Below, piece by piece: positions 35,514-45,579 of a DNA stretch of 49,956 nt. Under the pieces are notes generated by a model. The model was not told the DNA's origin, ran no database searches, and worked only from the letters and a program-made list of their open reading frames with translations. The translations under genes were made by a program, and so were the position numbers. Numbering within the stretch: the stretch's first letter is position 1; each line of letters begins with the position of its first letter. The DNA is from a virus, in the IMG/VR virus record IMGVR_UViG_3300035698_021428. One strand, written 5' to 3'.

Positions 35514-38157
35514 ATGAGTATTCCACAAAATGCAGATCTTTCCATAGTATCTCAAGCTGAAGCCGATCGCCACAAGATGGTTACAGATAATAATGAAGTT
35601 GGAGGAACAAGGGCATTTGTTTCAAATCCTGATTCAAATTTCTCATTTTCTCATCCGAAGGTTCTTCAGCTTGGAAATACCACATCAAATAAAGACGCTG
35701 TTCTTGCGTATCGAATTCTAGTAGTAGAATCAGGCGGGAAAGCAAAGACCCCAGATTTTAATTGGCATTCTGGTATATTTTCTACAGGAGAAAATCTTCG
35801 GGTAACTCATAACGGATCATATTATTACCAGTTTAGAACAATGTGGGATGTTGGCACAAGCGGAAGCTTACCAGAAGGAACAAGTATTATTGAGCTTCTT
35901 GAAATGTATTCCACTGCTGAATCAGCAATTGCTTCAACGCAAAAAAATTGCTTTTTATATTCAAAAAAGCAGCGGCGTAAATCACTTAGTCTGCAAGCTT
36001 GCTGATCCTAATATAGGATACGAAGATCCCACAGAACTATTGCAAAATGGTGTTTGGTATGATATAAGAATGAAATATAAGCCAGAAACAGGAAGCTCAG
36101 CAGATGGAATTTTGCTTGTAGAACAAAAACTTGCGACAGCTAGCTCATGGACTACTTTGATAAATGTAACAAATCATACTCAGAATGCTGATATAATGTG
36201 GGTAGAATATCAGCACAAGGCCTCAAGCGGATTGTCTCCAGGCATAACATCTTCTAAAACCTGGATTGCTTCTAGTTATCAAAGATTAGATAGTTTTGAG
36301 GCTGACGATTATGAATATAATAGATTTAGAACGTCAACGTGCCTGGACGTATCTTCGTCTATAGCTAAAATTAGAGTTCACTGCGATGATGAAACAATTG
36401 ATACATCTTCTGGAGGGTTTATTGTTCAATACGGAACAAATTCGACTTTATCATCAGGTGTTATTGATTCATCCTATACAGCTTTTAGCGCTAGAACCCA
36501 TGACTGCGCTACCGTATCTCTAACTTCATTATCTGCTGATACAAGATATTATTACAGGTTAAAATTTCAAGATGACGAAAGTTCTCCTACCGATACTTAT
36601 ACTGTGCCAGAAATACGGTCATTCAAAACTCTAGCAACTACTACTGGCGGAACTCGAAAAATACTAATTGGAGGATGTAAGGGGCACGCAGGATGGAGAG
36701 GCGGCAATGCTGCTTTCGATCACTTAATAGCTGCTGAAGGCACTCCTGACATGATAATATTCAATGGAGACATGATATATGATACAGACCTAACGCAATT
36801 GGGTTCAGGAAATAGCGACTATGAACTATGGGACTTAACTGAGGATAATTATTCATCAGCTTATAGACTTTCATTTGGAGAATATGATTTCGCAAAAATA
36901 CTTTCTGAATGCGCTTTCTTTGGGATGTGCGAAGATCATGAATTCTTTAATTCATGTGATGGTAATATGCGAGGGCAAGCAGTCAATATGGGATTAGCAG
37001 TTGATAATGCTGGAACAGCATATCCTACTTCTCATATGAATACAACATATCTAAACGGAGGCGGCGCGCCAGTTACAGCCGATGGTATATTCACCATAGC
37101 CACTGATGTTATGGCGTCATGGTGGGGAAACGGAACAATAAACGCAGCCGACTCTGGTTCAGGACGAGATTATTATCGTTCGTTTGAGCATGGTAATGTA
37201 TTAGTTCTTATGTTAGATACCAGAACACGAAGCACTGCAACTAGCCTAATTACATCAGCACAAGAGACATGGATTCAAACAACTATAGCAGCTTCGGACG
37301 CCAAATATATTGTTATTAGTAGCCCCGCTTCATGGGGAGATTATCTTATCAATATAAGTCCAGCCGAGGCATGGGGAAGCAATGCAAATCTCAGAGCGCA
37401 ACGTGCTAGTATATTTAACTGGATAAAAAACAATGCTTCTGATAAAGTAGTTTATCTTATAGGCGGAGATAGGCATACTCCTTATGTTGCGTATCCTAGC
37501 GATTTAACCGGACCAGATGGTCCTCTCAAAAGAATTGCAATGGCATCGCCATTTAACCAAGATAACAATTTCAACACAAGCGCTATTACCGCAATGGCAT
37601 CTGACCCATCAGTCGTATCAGTTATAAGTACCGATGATTATACTGGCTTATCAATGGTCAGAACTTCTGGTTTATTAGTAGAAATTGACGAAGCAACGGA
37701 TACCGTTCGATTAGTTATGTATGATGATAATGGAAATAAATTGATAGATGAAAGCGACTCCTATGCATTATCAACCGAAACCAGTAATGAAATATCAAGG
37801 GCCATATCTATAACAACGGCTCCTACGCACATACCTTCTCCGACCTTTTCTCTAGCAGGAACAAGCTATGCAACAAGATTTATTGATCCGAACATAGAAG
37901 CTATGATAACAAAGCAAAATCTAAATGCGCCTGTTAGCGTTTCCTTTGAATCAGTAACTAATGATTATGAAATCCGCTATACCACAAATAGCAATAGAAA
38001 TCCAACAAGCAAGAGTATTCTATATTCTGGTCCTTTGAGCATAAGTAGAAACTTGACTGGCGTTGATAATACTGTTGTTAAAGCCAGGATATTCCACAAA
38101 AATAATCCTGGAATTCATAGCCGTATAACTAAGTTAGAATTCAACGTAATTATGTGA
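35514..38157 (+). CDS. PhoD-like metallophosphoesterase with FN3-like N-terminal region; two frames joined by an apparent 1-nt indel in an A7 tract (~35941-35950)
   Basis: ORF 35514-36005 and ORF 35848-38157 overlap in different frames; removing one A from caaaaaaat joins ...AIASTQK to IAFYIQKSSGVNHLVCKLADP...; downstream TRYYYRLKFQDDESSPTDTYTVPEIRSFKT (FN3/PhoD N-domain-like), GDMIYD, GGDRH. Confidence 0.5.
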
Positions 38158-38916
38158 TCATAGTCCGGTTTTTGGATTTGGAGATTTTCCTTTTAGCCGT
38201 TTGTAGCATGGTAAATATTTATGGACTTCAATGTTTTCCCAGTTATTTCGAGAGTTCCAAAAATGGACTCCGTATGTTCCTGATTTGATATTGAACTGGT
38301 TATCAATAATATTCCCAATGTCATGCGGATGAAATGTTAGCACAGAATCCATAGCTATGTTTCCAAAATATTTTTGAACCGTATCTGACCATCGGTAAGG
38401 GCCGGTGGTCCATAAGCCCAATAATATTTGCGCAGCTTTCTGTCTTTTTTCTGGCATATCATTCTTACTGCAATAGCCATCTTTATACCTGAGTCTATCG
38501 AATGATTCTCTGATGTTATCAAAGTGTTGTTTAATAAGTGGGTGACCGGGAACTATCCCTATAACATCATTATTCAGGCACTTTTTGTTTGAATAACCAA
38601 GTTGTTTTGCGAAATAATATTCTCTGTTAGCAACAAGTTTATCAATGGGTTTTACCATCATGATATCTACATCTATGTAGACTCCTCCGTATTTTTCTAG
38701 GATCTCATATCGTAAAATATCTGCTTTGAATTGAGGATATTCGAAATAATCATAAATATCAGGTATGCGATTTTTAGGTATATTACTTTCATCCCACCAT
38801 TTGTATTCCCAGTCAGGATGCAATTCTTTCAAGTGTTGAATAAAAAACTTGAATGGCTCCGGTATATGACGTTTGCCAATCCATATCTGATGAATAATTT
38901 TAGGTATCTCTGACAT
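38158..38916 (-). CDS. glycosyltransferase, GT32-like (DXD sugar-binding region)
   Basis: IHQIWIGKRHIPEPF...YIDVDI DXD motif. Confidence 0.65.
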   Translation of the reverse strand: MSEIPKIIHQIWIGKRHIPEPFKFFIQHLKELHPDWEYKWWDESNIPKNRIPDIYDYFEYPQFKADILRYEILEKYGGVYIDVDIMMVKPIDKLVANREYYFAKQLGYSNKKCLNNDVIGIVPGHPLIKQHFDNIRESFDRLRYKDGYCSKNDMPEKRQKAAQILLGLWTTGPYRWSDTVQKYFGNIAMDSVLTFHPHDIGNIIDNQFNIKSGTYGVHFWNSRNNWENIEVHKYLPCYKRLKGKSPNPKTGL

Positions 38917-39628
38917 AACAGGGTAGTTCCTTATAGAGATCGTAAAGTTCTTCTTCTGGTTTTAAATAATGCATTAGATGGAAAGCATAAGACTCTTTAG
39001 GTATGTCTTGTATTCTCTTTATATTCTTTGTTCTTTTAGAACATAAAATCATCTTGTAACCTGGGGCGGCTATACTATTGTACTCATCTTGATAAAGACG
39101 GTTTAGCATTAGTACGCCTGTTGTTTTAAGACCAAGACGCCATTCTGCATTTAGTCGAGCTTTGCGATCTTTTATTTCTCTCCAATGAAAATCAGGATCG
39201 CCTTCTCGACACTCATCAAATGACCGACGCATCTCTTTCCATATCGAAGAAAAAATACGATGTTTCGATTTAACTGCCATAAAGCAGTTGCTAACACATC
39301 TTTTTGTTTGCGAACTATCTTGCTTGCATAACATGCATTTTGTGTTCCATACCAATGAATCAAATGGTTTCAAAGAAAACAGGTCAAAATCAAAATATAT
39401 ACCTCCGTACTTCTCTAGAATACCATAACGTAACATATCTGTTTTGAATATAGGATTGTCAAAATGGTTATAGATGTCTTGGTGCGGCGTCTTGGGGCAG
39501 TTTTTATCGTCCCACAAGGTATATGACCAATCTTCGTGCATCTCTCTTGTATGCTTCGAAAAATACTGAAAAGGTTCTGGTATATTTTCTCCCAACCAGA
39601 TTTGGTGCAAATTTCGTTCTATCTTCAT
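38900..39628 (-). CDS. glycosyltransferase, GT32-like paralogue
   Basis: LHQIWLGENIPEPF...GGIYFDFD; tandem paralogue of the previous gene. Confidence 0.6.
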   Translation of the reverse strand: MKIERNLHQIWLGENIPEPFQYFSKHTREMHEDWSYTLWDDKNCPKTPHQDIYNHFDNPIFKTDMLRYGILEKYGGIYFDFDLFSLKPFDSLVWNTKCMLCKQDSSQTKRCVSNCFMAVKSKHRIFSSIWKEMRRSFDECREGDPDFHWREIKDRKARLNAEWRLGLKTTGVLMLNRLYQDEYNSIAAPGYKMILCSKRTKNIKRIQDIPKESYAFHLMHYLKPEEELYDLYKELPCYVRDT

Positions 39629-39748
39629 ACACTCTTATCGGCAAAGGAATTCGATCTCTTTAATCAGTAAAAGCTTTTATGTACATGGCGGGCAATTCAT
39701 CTAAGAAACAAAAACATAACTGGCTCGTCTCACAGGAAAGAGGTCGTT

Positions 39749-40579
39749 ATGCTCAGCGCATTTGTAGCAGCGACGGTCATACTGAGTTTATTCTTAGGAG
39801 GCTGTGTAAATCACAATAATAGAGTAGGGGTTGAAATACTAAACCCCCAGCAACTTGTTACTAGCGAACAAGAAATCTATTATTTGAGAACAAGAATTGT
39901 TGTAGAGGTCATGGGCGATGCAAACGCAAGATCTTACAGTAAAATTGTTGAAGATATTTGGTATGCGGAAAGTATCTTCGAACCGCTAGGTATCAAACTT
40001 GTTATCGTTGAAATAGCTATCGCCTTACCTAACCAATCATGGGACGGGTACAGAGATAGCGATGCTAATAAATACGAAAACACAATGTCAATTTATTATA
40101 TATTCAGCAAACCAACAATGCGGCGAGGGCCAGATATTGTAGGTATGGCAATGTTTCCGTGGTTTGAAAATCCACATGGTATTTTTATGCATGGGCCTTC
40201 CGTTGATAAAACAACTCTTTCTCACGAAATGGGTCATTACTTTGGCTTGTACCACACTTTTGGCGGCGGAGATCAGAAAGATGATTTCGTGGAAGATACT
40301 CTTACAAAAGAACAATATGCCGAAGAGACAGAAGGCAAAAAGCCGTATAATAGCTATAACAATATAATGAATTATCACTGGTTTAAAGGTAGGTCATTTA
40401 TAACAGAAGGTCAAGTCAACAGAATGAAACACTTTCTATTAACAGATAGAAAAAATATCATTATAGAAGATGTGGGAAGAACATTTCCTCCTGTTAGTAA
40501 AAGAGTAGAATCAACAAAAATAGTAGAAGATTTAAAGGAGATCAAAGATGCAGATGAGAGTATGGAAGTTAGGGAATGA
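39749..40579 (+). CDS. zinc metallopeptidase lipoprotein, M43 (pappalysin/cytophagalysin)-like
   Basis: Lipobox LFLGGC; HEMGHYFGLYHTF extended zincin motif. Confidence 0.7.
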   Translation: MLSAFVAATVILSLFLGGCVNHNNRVGVEILNPQQLVTSEQEIYYLRTRIVVEVMGDANARSYSKIVEDIWYAESIFEPLGIKLVIVEIAIALPNQSWDGYRDSDANKYENTMSIYYIFSKPTMRRGPDIVGMAMFPWFENPHGIFMHGPSVDKTTLSHEMGHYFGLYHTFGGGDQKDDFVEDTLTKEQYAEETEGKKPYNSYNNIMNYHWFKGRSFITEGQVNRMKHFLLTDRKNIIIEDVGRTFPPVSKRVESTKIVEDLKEIKDADESMEVRE

Positions 40580-40874
40580 AGGCGTGCCAGCGGAAGAATC
40601 CGATGTACCAAAATTTAAGAAAGTTTTAGAAGAAGCTCTCAAAAATCCGTCAAGCGATGGCAATATTGATATTGTATGGAAAGGAGAAGTCAGTTTACAC
40701 GAAAGCATGATACACAATGCTTCTACTTCTCAAACATTCGGCGGAGGGATCATTTCAAGCCCTGCGAGTATTGCCGTGCAGGGAGTAACATTCTCAGGTT
40801 TAAATACGCCAACACAAGAAAATACTACAAGTGAAAAACCAAAGCCTAAACTACGGATGGCAAACGAAGGCTAA
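40548..40874 (+). CDS. hypothetical protein (108 aa)
   Basis: Strong SD aaggag 7 nt upstream. Confidence 0.5.
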   Translation: MQMRVWKLGNEGVPAEESDVPKFKKVLEEALKNPSSDGNIDIVWKGEVSLHESMIHNASTSQTFGGGIISSPASIAVQGVTFSGLNTPTQENTTSEKPKPKLRMANEG

Positions 40875-40894
40875 CAACGATTGGAATTGAAGCA

Positions 40895-41428
40895 ATGGAC
40901 TGGCTTACAGCAGATCTGCATTTGGGTCATGCGAACATTATCAAATTTTGCAAACGACCATTTCGTAATGTCGGAGAAATGGATCAAGCTATAATTAATA
41001 ACATCAACGAGAAGGTTGGCAAAGATGATCGTCTAATTGTTCTCGGAGATTTTTCTATGGGCAAAGAAAGGCCTCAATATATCAGGAGAATCAACTGCGA
41101 TAATATTTGGTTGATTACAGGAAATCACGACAAACGGCCAGGCACAAGCGATGGGTTCACAAGAGTAGAAGTCTATCACGAAGAAAAGTTTCAACTATCA
41201 GACGGAACCCATAAAGATATTGTTCTTTTTCATTATCCGATTTTAGAATGGAACAAATGGCACAGAGGTTCGTGGCACCTGTTCGGACACGTTCATCGAG
41301 GACGAAACAAGCAATACAAAGAAGAACTCGCGCTTGATGTCGGAGTCGATAATCATAACTACGAACCCTTGTGTATCGCTGATATTGAAAAAATTATGTC
41401 CAAGAAAAAAGTGGAAAAGCCCTTATGA
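40895..41428 (+). CDS. calcineurin-like metallophosphoesterase (177 aa)
   Basis: DLHLGH...LGDF...GNHD...GHVHRG motif series. Confidence 0.7.
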   Translation: MDWLTADLHLGHANIIKFCKRPFRNVGEMDQAIINNINEKVGKDDRLIVLGDFSMGKERPQYIRRINCDNIWLITGNHDKRPGTSDGFTRVEVYHEEKFQLSDGTHKDIVLFHYPILEWNKWHRGSWHLFGHVHRGRNKQYKEELALDVGVDNHNYEPLCIADIEKIMSKKKVEKPL

Positions 41429-41549
41429 AAAATGGGCAAAGCAAAATGATCTTTGGGTCACCGATGAAAAAATTGAAGACCGATCTATAACTGAAGGTTA
41501 CGGAGAATCTTAGCTTGCTGGTGAATACAGATGCTTATACAGTGTAGGC

Positions 41550-42167
41550 ATGACTGTAGTCCCCCTGCTTGATATCGCTTTGACCGATTTTTGTATAGAA
41601 CGCCTCTTCGATCCCAAGAAGGCTGGTACAACTATTCTGTCTTATACTCCATTAGAGTTTACGATGGAGATCCAGGTCCATTGGGGTGAAGCTTTTTGGC
41701 GTGAGCAAGAAGGCTATGCCCCATTTTGCAAGTTGGTTTTCATGAGAAACTGGATCGATTCTGTTCGAGCAGGGGCCGTCCCTATTACTCGCGAAAATCA
41801 ACATCTTGTCAAAAGCGGATATCTAGCAAGAACCGGCAAAGAATTACCTGTACTTACGCAGTGGATTGAGTGTTCCGAGGCTCCAAGAGCAGAGTATCTT
41901 GTCCTCGTATTGTATTCAAAAGAACAAATTGAACAGGAATCCAAAGACCAAGGCCAAGAAATTGAATTTGAAGCTGATTGGGGAGTTGTTGCTGTTTTAG
42001 GGCAGGTTTCAGATTCAGAAGAGCCTATGGCTCCTATAACAATGATGAGGAATGCTCTGGGGACGGCTGAGGGCGGCTCTGGATACCCTTTAGACAGAGA
42101 AGCGTATCAGAGATCGGCTGATTTCTGGGGCTCTCACGCTGTCGTAAAAACGCCACTGACCACTTAG
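41550..42167 (+). CDS. hypothetical protein (205 aa)
   Basis: ORF. Confidence 0.45.
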   Translation: MTVVPLLDIALTDFCIERLFDPKKAGTTILSYTPLEFTMEIQVHWGEAFWREQEGYAPFCKLVFMRNWIDSVRAGAVPITRENQHLVKSGYLARTGKELPVLTQWIECSEAPRAEYLVLVLYSKEQIEQESKDQGQEIEFEADWGVVAVLGQVSDSEEPMAPITMMRNALGTAEGGSGYPLDREAYQRSADFWGSHAVVKTPLTT

Positions 42168-42233
42168 CGGGTGAAACATGGTTGCAAACAGGGAAACAGT
42201 TGTTTTTAGGCAATAGCCAGTTGAGAAGAACAT

Positions 42234-42629
42234 ATGTCCGAATCAAAATGTAATATGTCGAAACCATGCAATGATTGTCCATTTCGACAAGATTCGACAA
42301 AAGGCTGGTTGGGGGCTTATTCGCCAGAAGAAGTCATTTCTGTAATTTCAAACGACCAGCCTTTCTATTGTCATGTTGATGTTCAGAATCGTCACGGGTA
42401 TGAAAAAGATGATTGGCAAGAATGGGCTGAAAATCATGGGGAACAATGCGCTGGAGCAATGATCTTCGCCAACAATATTTGTAAACTTAGTCGAGACCCG
42501 ATGAAAATGGCAGCGCAACAAAAACTTGGAAGAGATAAGGATACGGTCTTTAGTACGCCGCAACAGTTTATTGAGCATCACTCAGTAACGATCGACGGCA
42601 AAAGAAGAAAGCAAAGAATGGCAGACTAA
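42234..42629 (+). CDS. hypothetical protein (131 aa)
   Basis: ORF. Confidence 0.45.
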   Translation: MSESKCNMSKPCNDCPFRQDSTKGWLGAYSPEEVISVISNDQPFYCHVDVQNRHGYEKDDWQEWAENHGEQCAGAMIFANNICKLSRDPMKMAAQQKLGRDKDTVFSTPQQFIEHHSVTIDGKRRKQRMAD

Positions 42630-42648
42630 TCCGCATTAGTTTTTATTA

Positions 42649-42720
42649 GCTTCGTTAGCTCAATGGTAGAGCAATAGTTTCTAAAACTACAGGTTGTCGG
42701 TTCGAGTCCGACACGAGGCA
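42649..42720 (+). tRNA. tRNA with CUA anticodon (amber suppressor), discriminator A
   Basis: Acceptor gcttcgt/acgaggc; D-arm gctc-aatggta-gagc; anticodon stem atagt/actac with loop ttCTAaa (U33, A37, A38); 5-nt variable; T-arm gtcgg-ttcgagt-ccgac. Confidence 0.7.
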
Positions 42721-42775
42721 TTGAAAGGGTTGAATTAAATGGATGGTCTTAACCGATTATAGCTAGGAGATAATC

Positions 42776-42982
42776 ATGTGTAGTAGAAATTGCAGAAGTT
42801 TGACAGTTGGAGAACAGGTTAGAGCCAAGCTTGGTACTATGTCTAGTAGAGAAGCAATGCGTCTCAATATAGACCATCGAGCGGGCCGTATCTGTGATAA
42901 AGATGTTCGAGATTCATTTGCTCTGCGAGACATTCGAAGCATTAATAACGGGACTCATCCAAGCCGTCGCAAGAATAGGTAA
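42776..42982 (+). CDS. hypothetical protein (68 aa)
   Basis: SD aggag. Confidence 0.4.
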   Translation: MCSRNCRSLTVGEQVRAKLGTMSSREAMRLNIDHRAGRICDKDVRDSFALRDIRSINNGTHPSRRKNR

Positions 42983-42987
42983 TAATT

Positions 42988-43659
42988 ATGAACGGTACAG
43001 CAGTTATTGACGGAAAGACAGTCAGTTTTGAGGCTGGCAAATCTATGAAAAACGTGGGGACCGTTCCGTCTATCGTTCTGGATAACCCCAAGTACGGTAG
43101 AAATGTATCGCAAATTATTCGTCTTGCTTCTGGCTACGGATTTAAACAAGTTTGGTACACAGGAAAACGGGTTTCGTTGACAGACCCTTCGCAAAATATT
43201 GATGGCATGGCTGGTAAAAAAGGAAAGAAAGGAAAGAATAAAGCTCGGCTACCTCGTGAAGAACGAATGAAAGGATACAAAAAAGTTGAGATAAGACAAC
43301 ATGATCGACCTTTCGATTTCTTTAATCGAGGCGTGGTTCCTATTGCTATTGAACTCAGAGAAGGCGCTCAAATGCTTCATAACTTTGAACATCCAGAAAA
43401 TGCTGTTTATGTCTTTGGCCCCGAAGACGGAAGCGTAAATAGCGAATTACTACGACAGTGCCATCACCTTCTTGTTATACCTGTTGAGCACTGTTTGAAT
43501 TTAGCAACGGCTGCATCAACAGTTCTTTGGGATCGTCAACGACAAATGATTGAACGAGGAATCGTTGAAGATAGAAGCCTTGACGATTTGATGAGAGGAG
43601 ATCGAGCAGGTCTCAGAGACTACGAAAAAGAGGACATGGTTTTTAATGGTCGCAAATAA
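42988..43659 (+). CDS. SpoU/TrmH-family (SPOUT) RNA 2'-O-methyltransferase with a Lys-rich insertion
   Basis: VLDNPKYGRNVSQIIRLASGYGF...; YVFGPEDGSVNSELLRQCHHLLVIPVEHCLNLATAASTVLWD matching SpoU motifs; insertion AGKKGKKGKNKAR. Confidence 0.65.
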   Translation: MNGTAVIDGKTVSFEAGKSMKNVGTVPSIVLDNPKYGRNVSQIIRLASGYGFKQVWYTGKRVSLTDPSQNIDGMAGKKGKKGKNKARLPREERMKGYKKVEIRQHDRPFDFFNRGVVPIAIELREGAQMLHNFEHPENAVYVFGPEDGSVNSELLRQCHHLLVIPVEHCLNLATAASTVLWDRQRQMIERGIVEDRSLDDLMRGDRAGLRDYEKEDMVFNGRK

Positions 43660-44377
43660 ACCTATAATTTATCTAGTTCGACACGGGGAATCTCAAACTA
43701 ATAATGGGCAAATTCCTCATGGCTCAATTGGGGATCATAAAATACCATTATCCAATGAAGGCAAGCTTCAATCTTCTAGAGTTGGTAAGTTTATAAAAGA
43801 CAAAGGTCTCGATTTTAGTAAAGCATTGCTCTATCGATCTCCATATCTTCGCGCTCGACAAACATTGAACGAGATGCTTGCAGCAAATAACTTATCTGAA
43901 GAGCAGGTAAAAATTTATGAAGATCCTCGACTCCGAGAAGTTGATCACGGATACAGCGATATCAATGCACAAGAGGCAATGCGCAAAGAGCATGGTTGGT
44001 TCTATTATAGATTCCTTGGCGGCGAAAGCCCAAGCGATTGCCACGATCGTTGTTGTACCTTTTTACAAAGCTTAAGAAGACAAGTTGAACGAAAAACACC
44101 AGCAAGAACCCTAAGCATAATTCCAGGAGAATTCGTAAACACATATGCTCCTCCTGTCCTTATTGTTTCGCACGGTCTAACTATTCGCTGTTTTGCAATG
44201 CGTTTTATGCATTTGACAGTTGAACAGTTTGAATCGCTAGGAAACCCGAGGAACTGCGACGTTATTACCATTGGGCCAAAATCCGAAATGGATGATCCTC
44301 AATTTGTTTTAGGCCAATGGGGAATTTCTGGCCTAAGAATCCGAACAAGCGATAAGGAAATGGATGCAAGAGTATAA
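43646..44377 (+). CDS. histidine phosphatase (phosphoglycerate-mutase family)
   Basis: IIYLVRHGESQTN (RHG motif), LIVSHG. Confidence 0.7.
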   Translation: MVANKPIIYLVRHGESQTNNGQIPHGSIGDHKIPLSNEGKLQSSRVGKFIKDKGLDFSKALLYRSPYLRARQTLNEMLAANNLSEEQVKIYEDPRLREVDHGYSDINAQEAMRKEHGWFYYRFLGGESPSDCHDRCCTFLQSLRRQVERKTPARTLSIIPGEFVNTYAPPVLIVSHGLTIRCFAMRFMHLTVEQFESLGNPRNCDVITIGPKSEMDDPQFVLGQWGISGLRIRTSDKEMDARV

Positions 44378-44684
44378 AAGGAAAATATCAATGTCAGAAC
44401 CAGGCACAATAATTATTACTTTTCCAGATGATTCTCAGTGGGAAATCCCTCAGCAAATTGTAGCGGATCATCGAGCCTATGAAATGGGCGACGAAGCGGG
44501 CACTGAGGCTCTGTTTATGCAGGATCGATGGAAAATGGAAGAATGGATTCAGCAACGCATGGGCTGGAAAGCAGATATTGCTAACCACGCAACGCTAACC
44601 ACTGACAAGGCAGAAGATAAAAGTTGTCTGTACGATGAGGAACTAAAAGACGCTTCTTGCGAAGCGAAGGGTTTTTTATATTGA
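44364..44684 (+). CDS. hypothetical protein (start 44364 or 44391)
   Basis: SD aaaaggaaa upstream of ATG 44391. Confidence 0.45.
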   Translation: MQEYKRKISMSEPGTIIITFPDDSQWEIPQQIVADHRAYEMGDEAGTEALFMQDRWKMEEWIQQRMGWKADIANHATLTTDKAEDKSCLYDEELKDASCEAKGFLY

Positions 44685-44875
44685 TAGACATAGACATCAT
44701 AACTAAAGAGGATTACCGCCGACTACGCCCCCTCTATAATCTCGGACGAAGAATTCGAACTCAAGATTTCTCTGGGCTATCGCCTAGACTAATCGAAATT
44801 GTCAAAATTAAAACCCGAGATATTGATCGGATCGATCAATTATTGAAAAAGGAAAATCATGACTGCCCAAATTAA
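44657..44875 (+). CDS. hypothetical small protein (TTG start, uncertain)
   Basis: ORF only. Confidence 0.25.
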   Translation: MRSEGFFILIDIDIITKEDYRRLRPLYNLGRRIRTQDFSGLSPRLIEIVKIKTRDIDRIDQLLKKENHDCPN

Positions 44876-45317
44876 TATCAGAGACGCTCTTGAAGAGATT
44901 AAGAGCGATGGTCCGATTCCTATGGACGAATGGGGCAAGGATCACTGGTCCCTCTTAGGTTATGTCTGGGAACGATGCATTAACTATGGAGGAAAATTAG
45001 CAGGCGATCACATGCGAGTAAATTCCGAACGAAATCCTGGCGTTCCTAAAGTTCATCCTTCTGGATCTCAATGGAAACCTGAGTGGGGAACTCGTCTCAG
45101 CGGCTACTTTCCAGATAAAGATATGTCGAAGCGGATCGACTATCATGACGATATGGATTGTCTTGATGATCTTGAGACCGCTGGTATTATCGTTCAGGGA
45201 ACTCGCGTCAACCCATTCGCTCAGCTTACTGAGAAGGGCGAGAAGTATGCGAAGGAACTGATGACCCATAAGAGTAGAGGCGGCAATTTTGCGGCCTTTG
45301 ATTACCGAACCGTATAG
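44859..45317 (+). CDS. hypothetical protein (152 aa)
   Basis: ORF. Confidence 0.45.
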   Translation: MTAQINIRDALEEIKSDGPIPMDEWGKDHWSLLGYVWERCINYGGKLAGDHMRVNSERNPGVPKVHPSGSQWKPEWGTRLSGYFPDKDMSKRIDYHDDMDCLDDLETAGIIVQGTRVNPFAQLTEKGEKYAKELMTHKSRGGNFAAFDYRTV

Positions 45318-45522
45318 GAAACCAGATATGAGCAATGAACAAAAAGCAGCTTTACCATGCGTCATTTGCGAAACGAATGAAAACTTACAACCAAAATACG
45401 ACTCTAGCACTGGCGAAAAATGGGTTCATTGCGACGAATGCGGTAAGATTTCAACGCCAACGGTCGATGAACATCCTATAGATGTTTGGAATCGAGAGAA
45501 CAAAGTCTCCGTAGTTCAATAG
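45289..45522 (+). CDS. small zinc-ribbon protein (77 aa)
   Basis: CVICE...CDECGK; TAG stop overlaps the tRNA. Confidence 0.4.
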   Translation: MRPLITEPYRKPDMSNEQKAALPCVICETNENLQPKYDSSTGEKWVHCDECGKISTPTVDEHPIDVWNRENKVSVVQ

Positions 45523-45577
45523 GTAGAACGGCAGTCTCTAAAACTGTGCGTTGCAGGTTCAAGCCCTGTCGGAGACG
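45505..45577 (+). tRNA. tRNA with CUA anticodon (second amber suppressor), discriminator G
   Basis: Acceptor gtctccg/cggagac perfect; D-arm gttc-aataggta-gaac; anticodon stem gcagt/actgt (G.U) with loop ctCTAaa; T-arm gcagg-ttcaagc-cctgt. Confidence 0.7.
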
Positions 45578-45579
45578 TT

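Noticed and set aside
35848-35990. First ~48 codons of listed ORF 35848-38157
   Set aside because: Low-complexity read-through of the other gene's frame. Better explained by the A7 frameshift joining it to ORF 35514.
44730-44760. gaattcgaactc as the T-loop of a minus-strand tRNA
   Set aside because: No flanking acceptor or anticodon stems could be formed on either strand.
42649-45577. Pyrrolysine tRNA (pylT) as the explanation for the CUA tRNAs
   Set aside because: Both have a standard D-loop, a 5-bp anticodon stem and a 5-nt variable loop, unlike the distinctive tRNA-Pyl structure. No pylS-like gene was seen.
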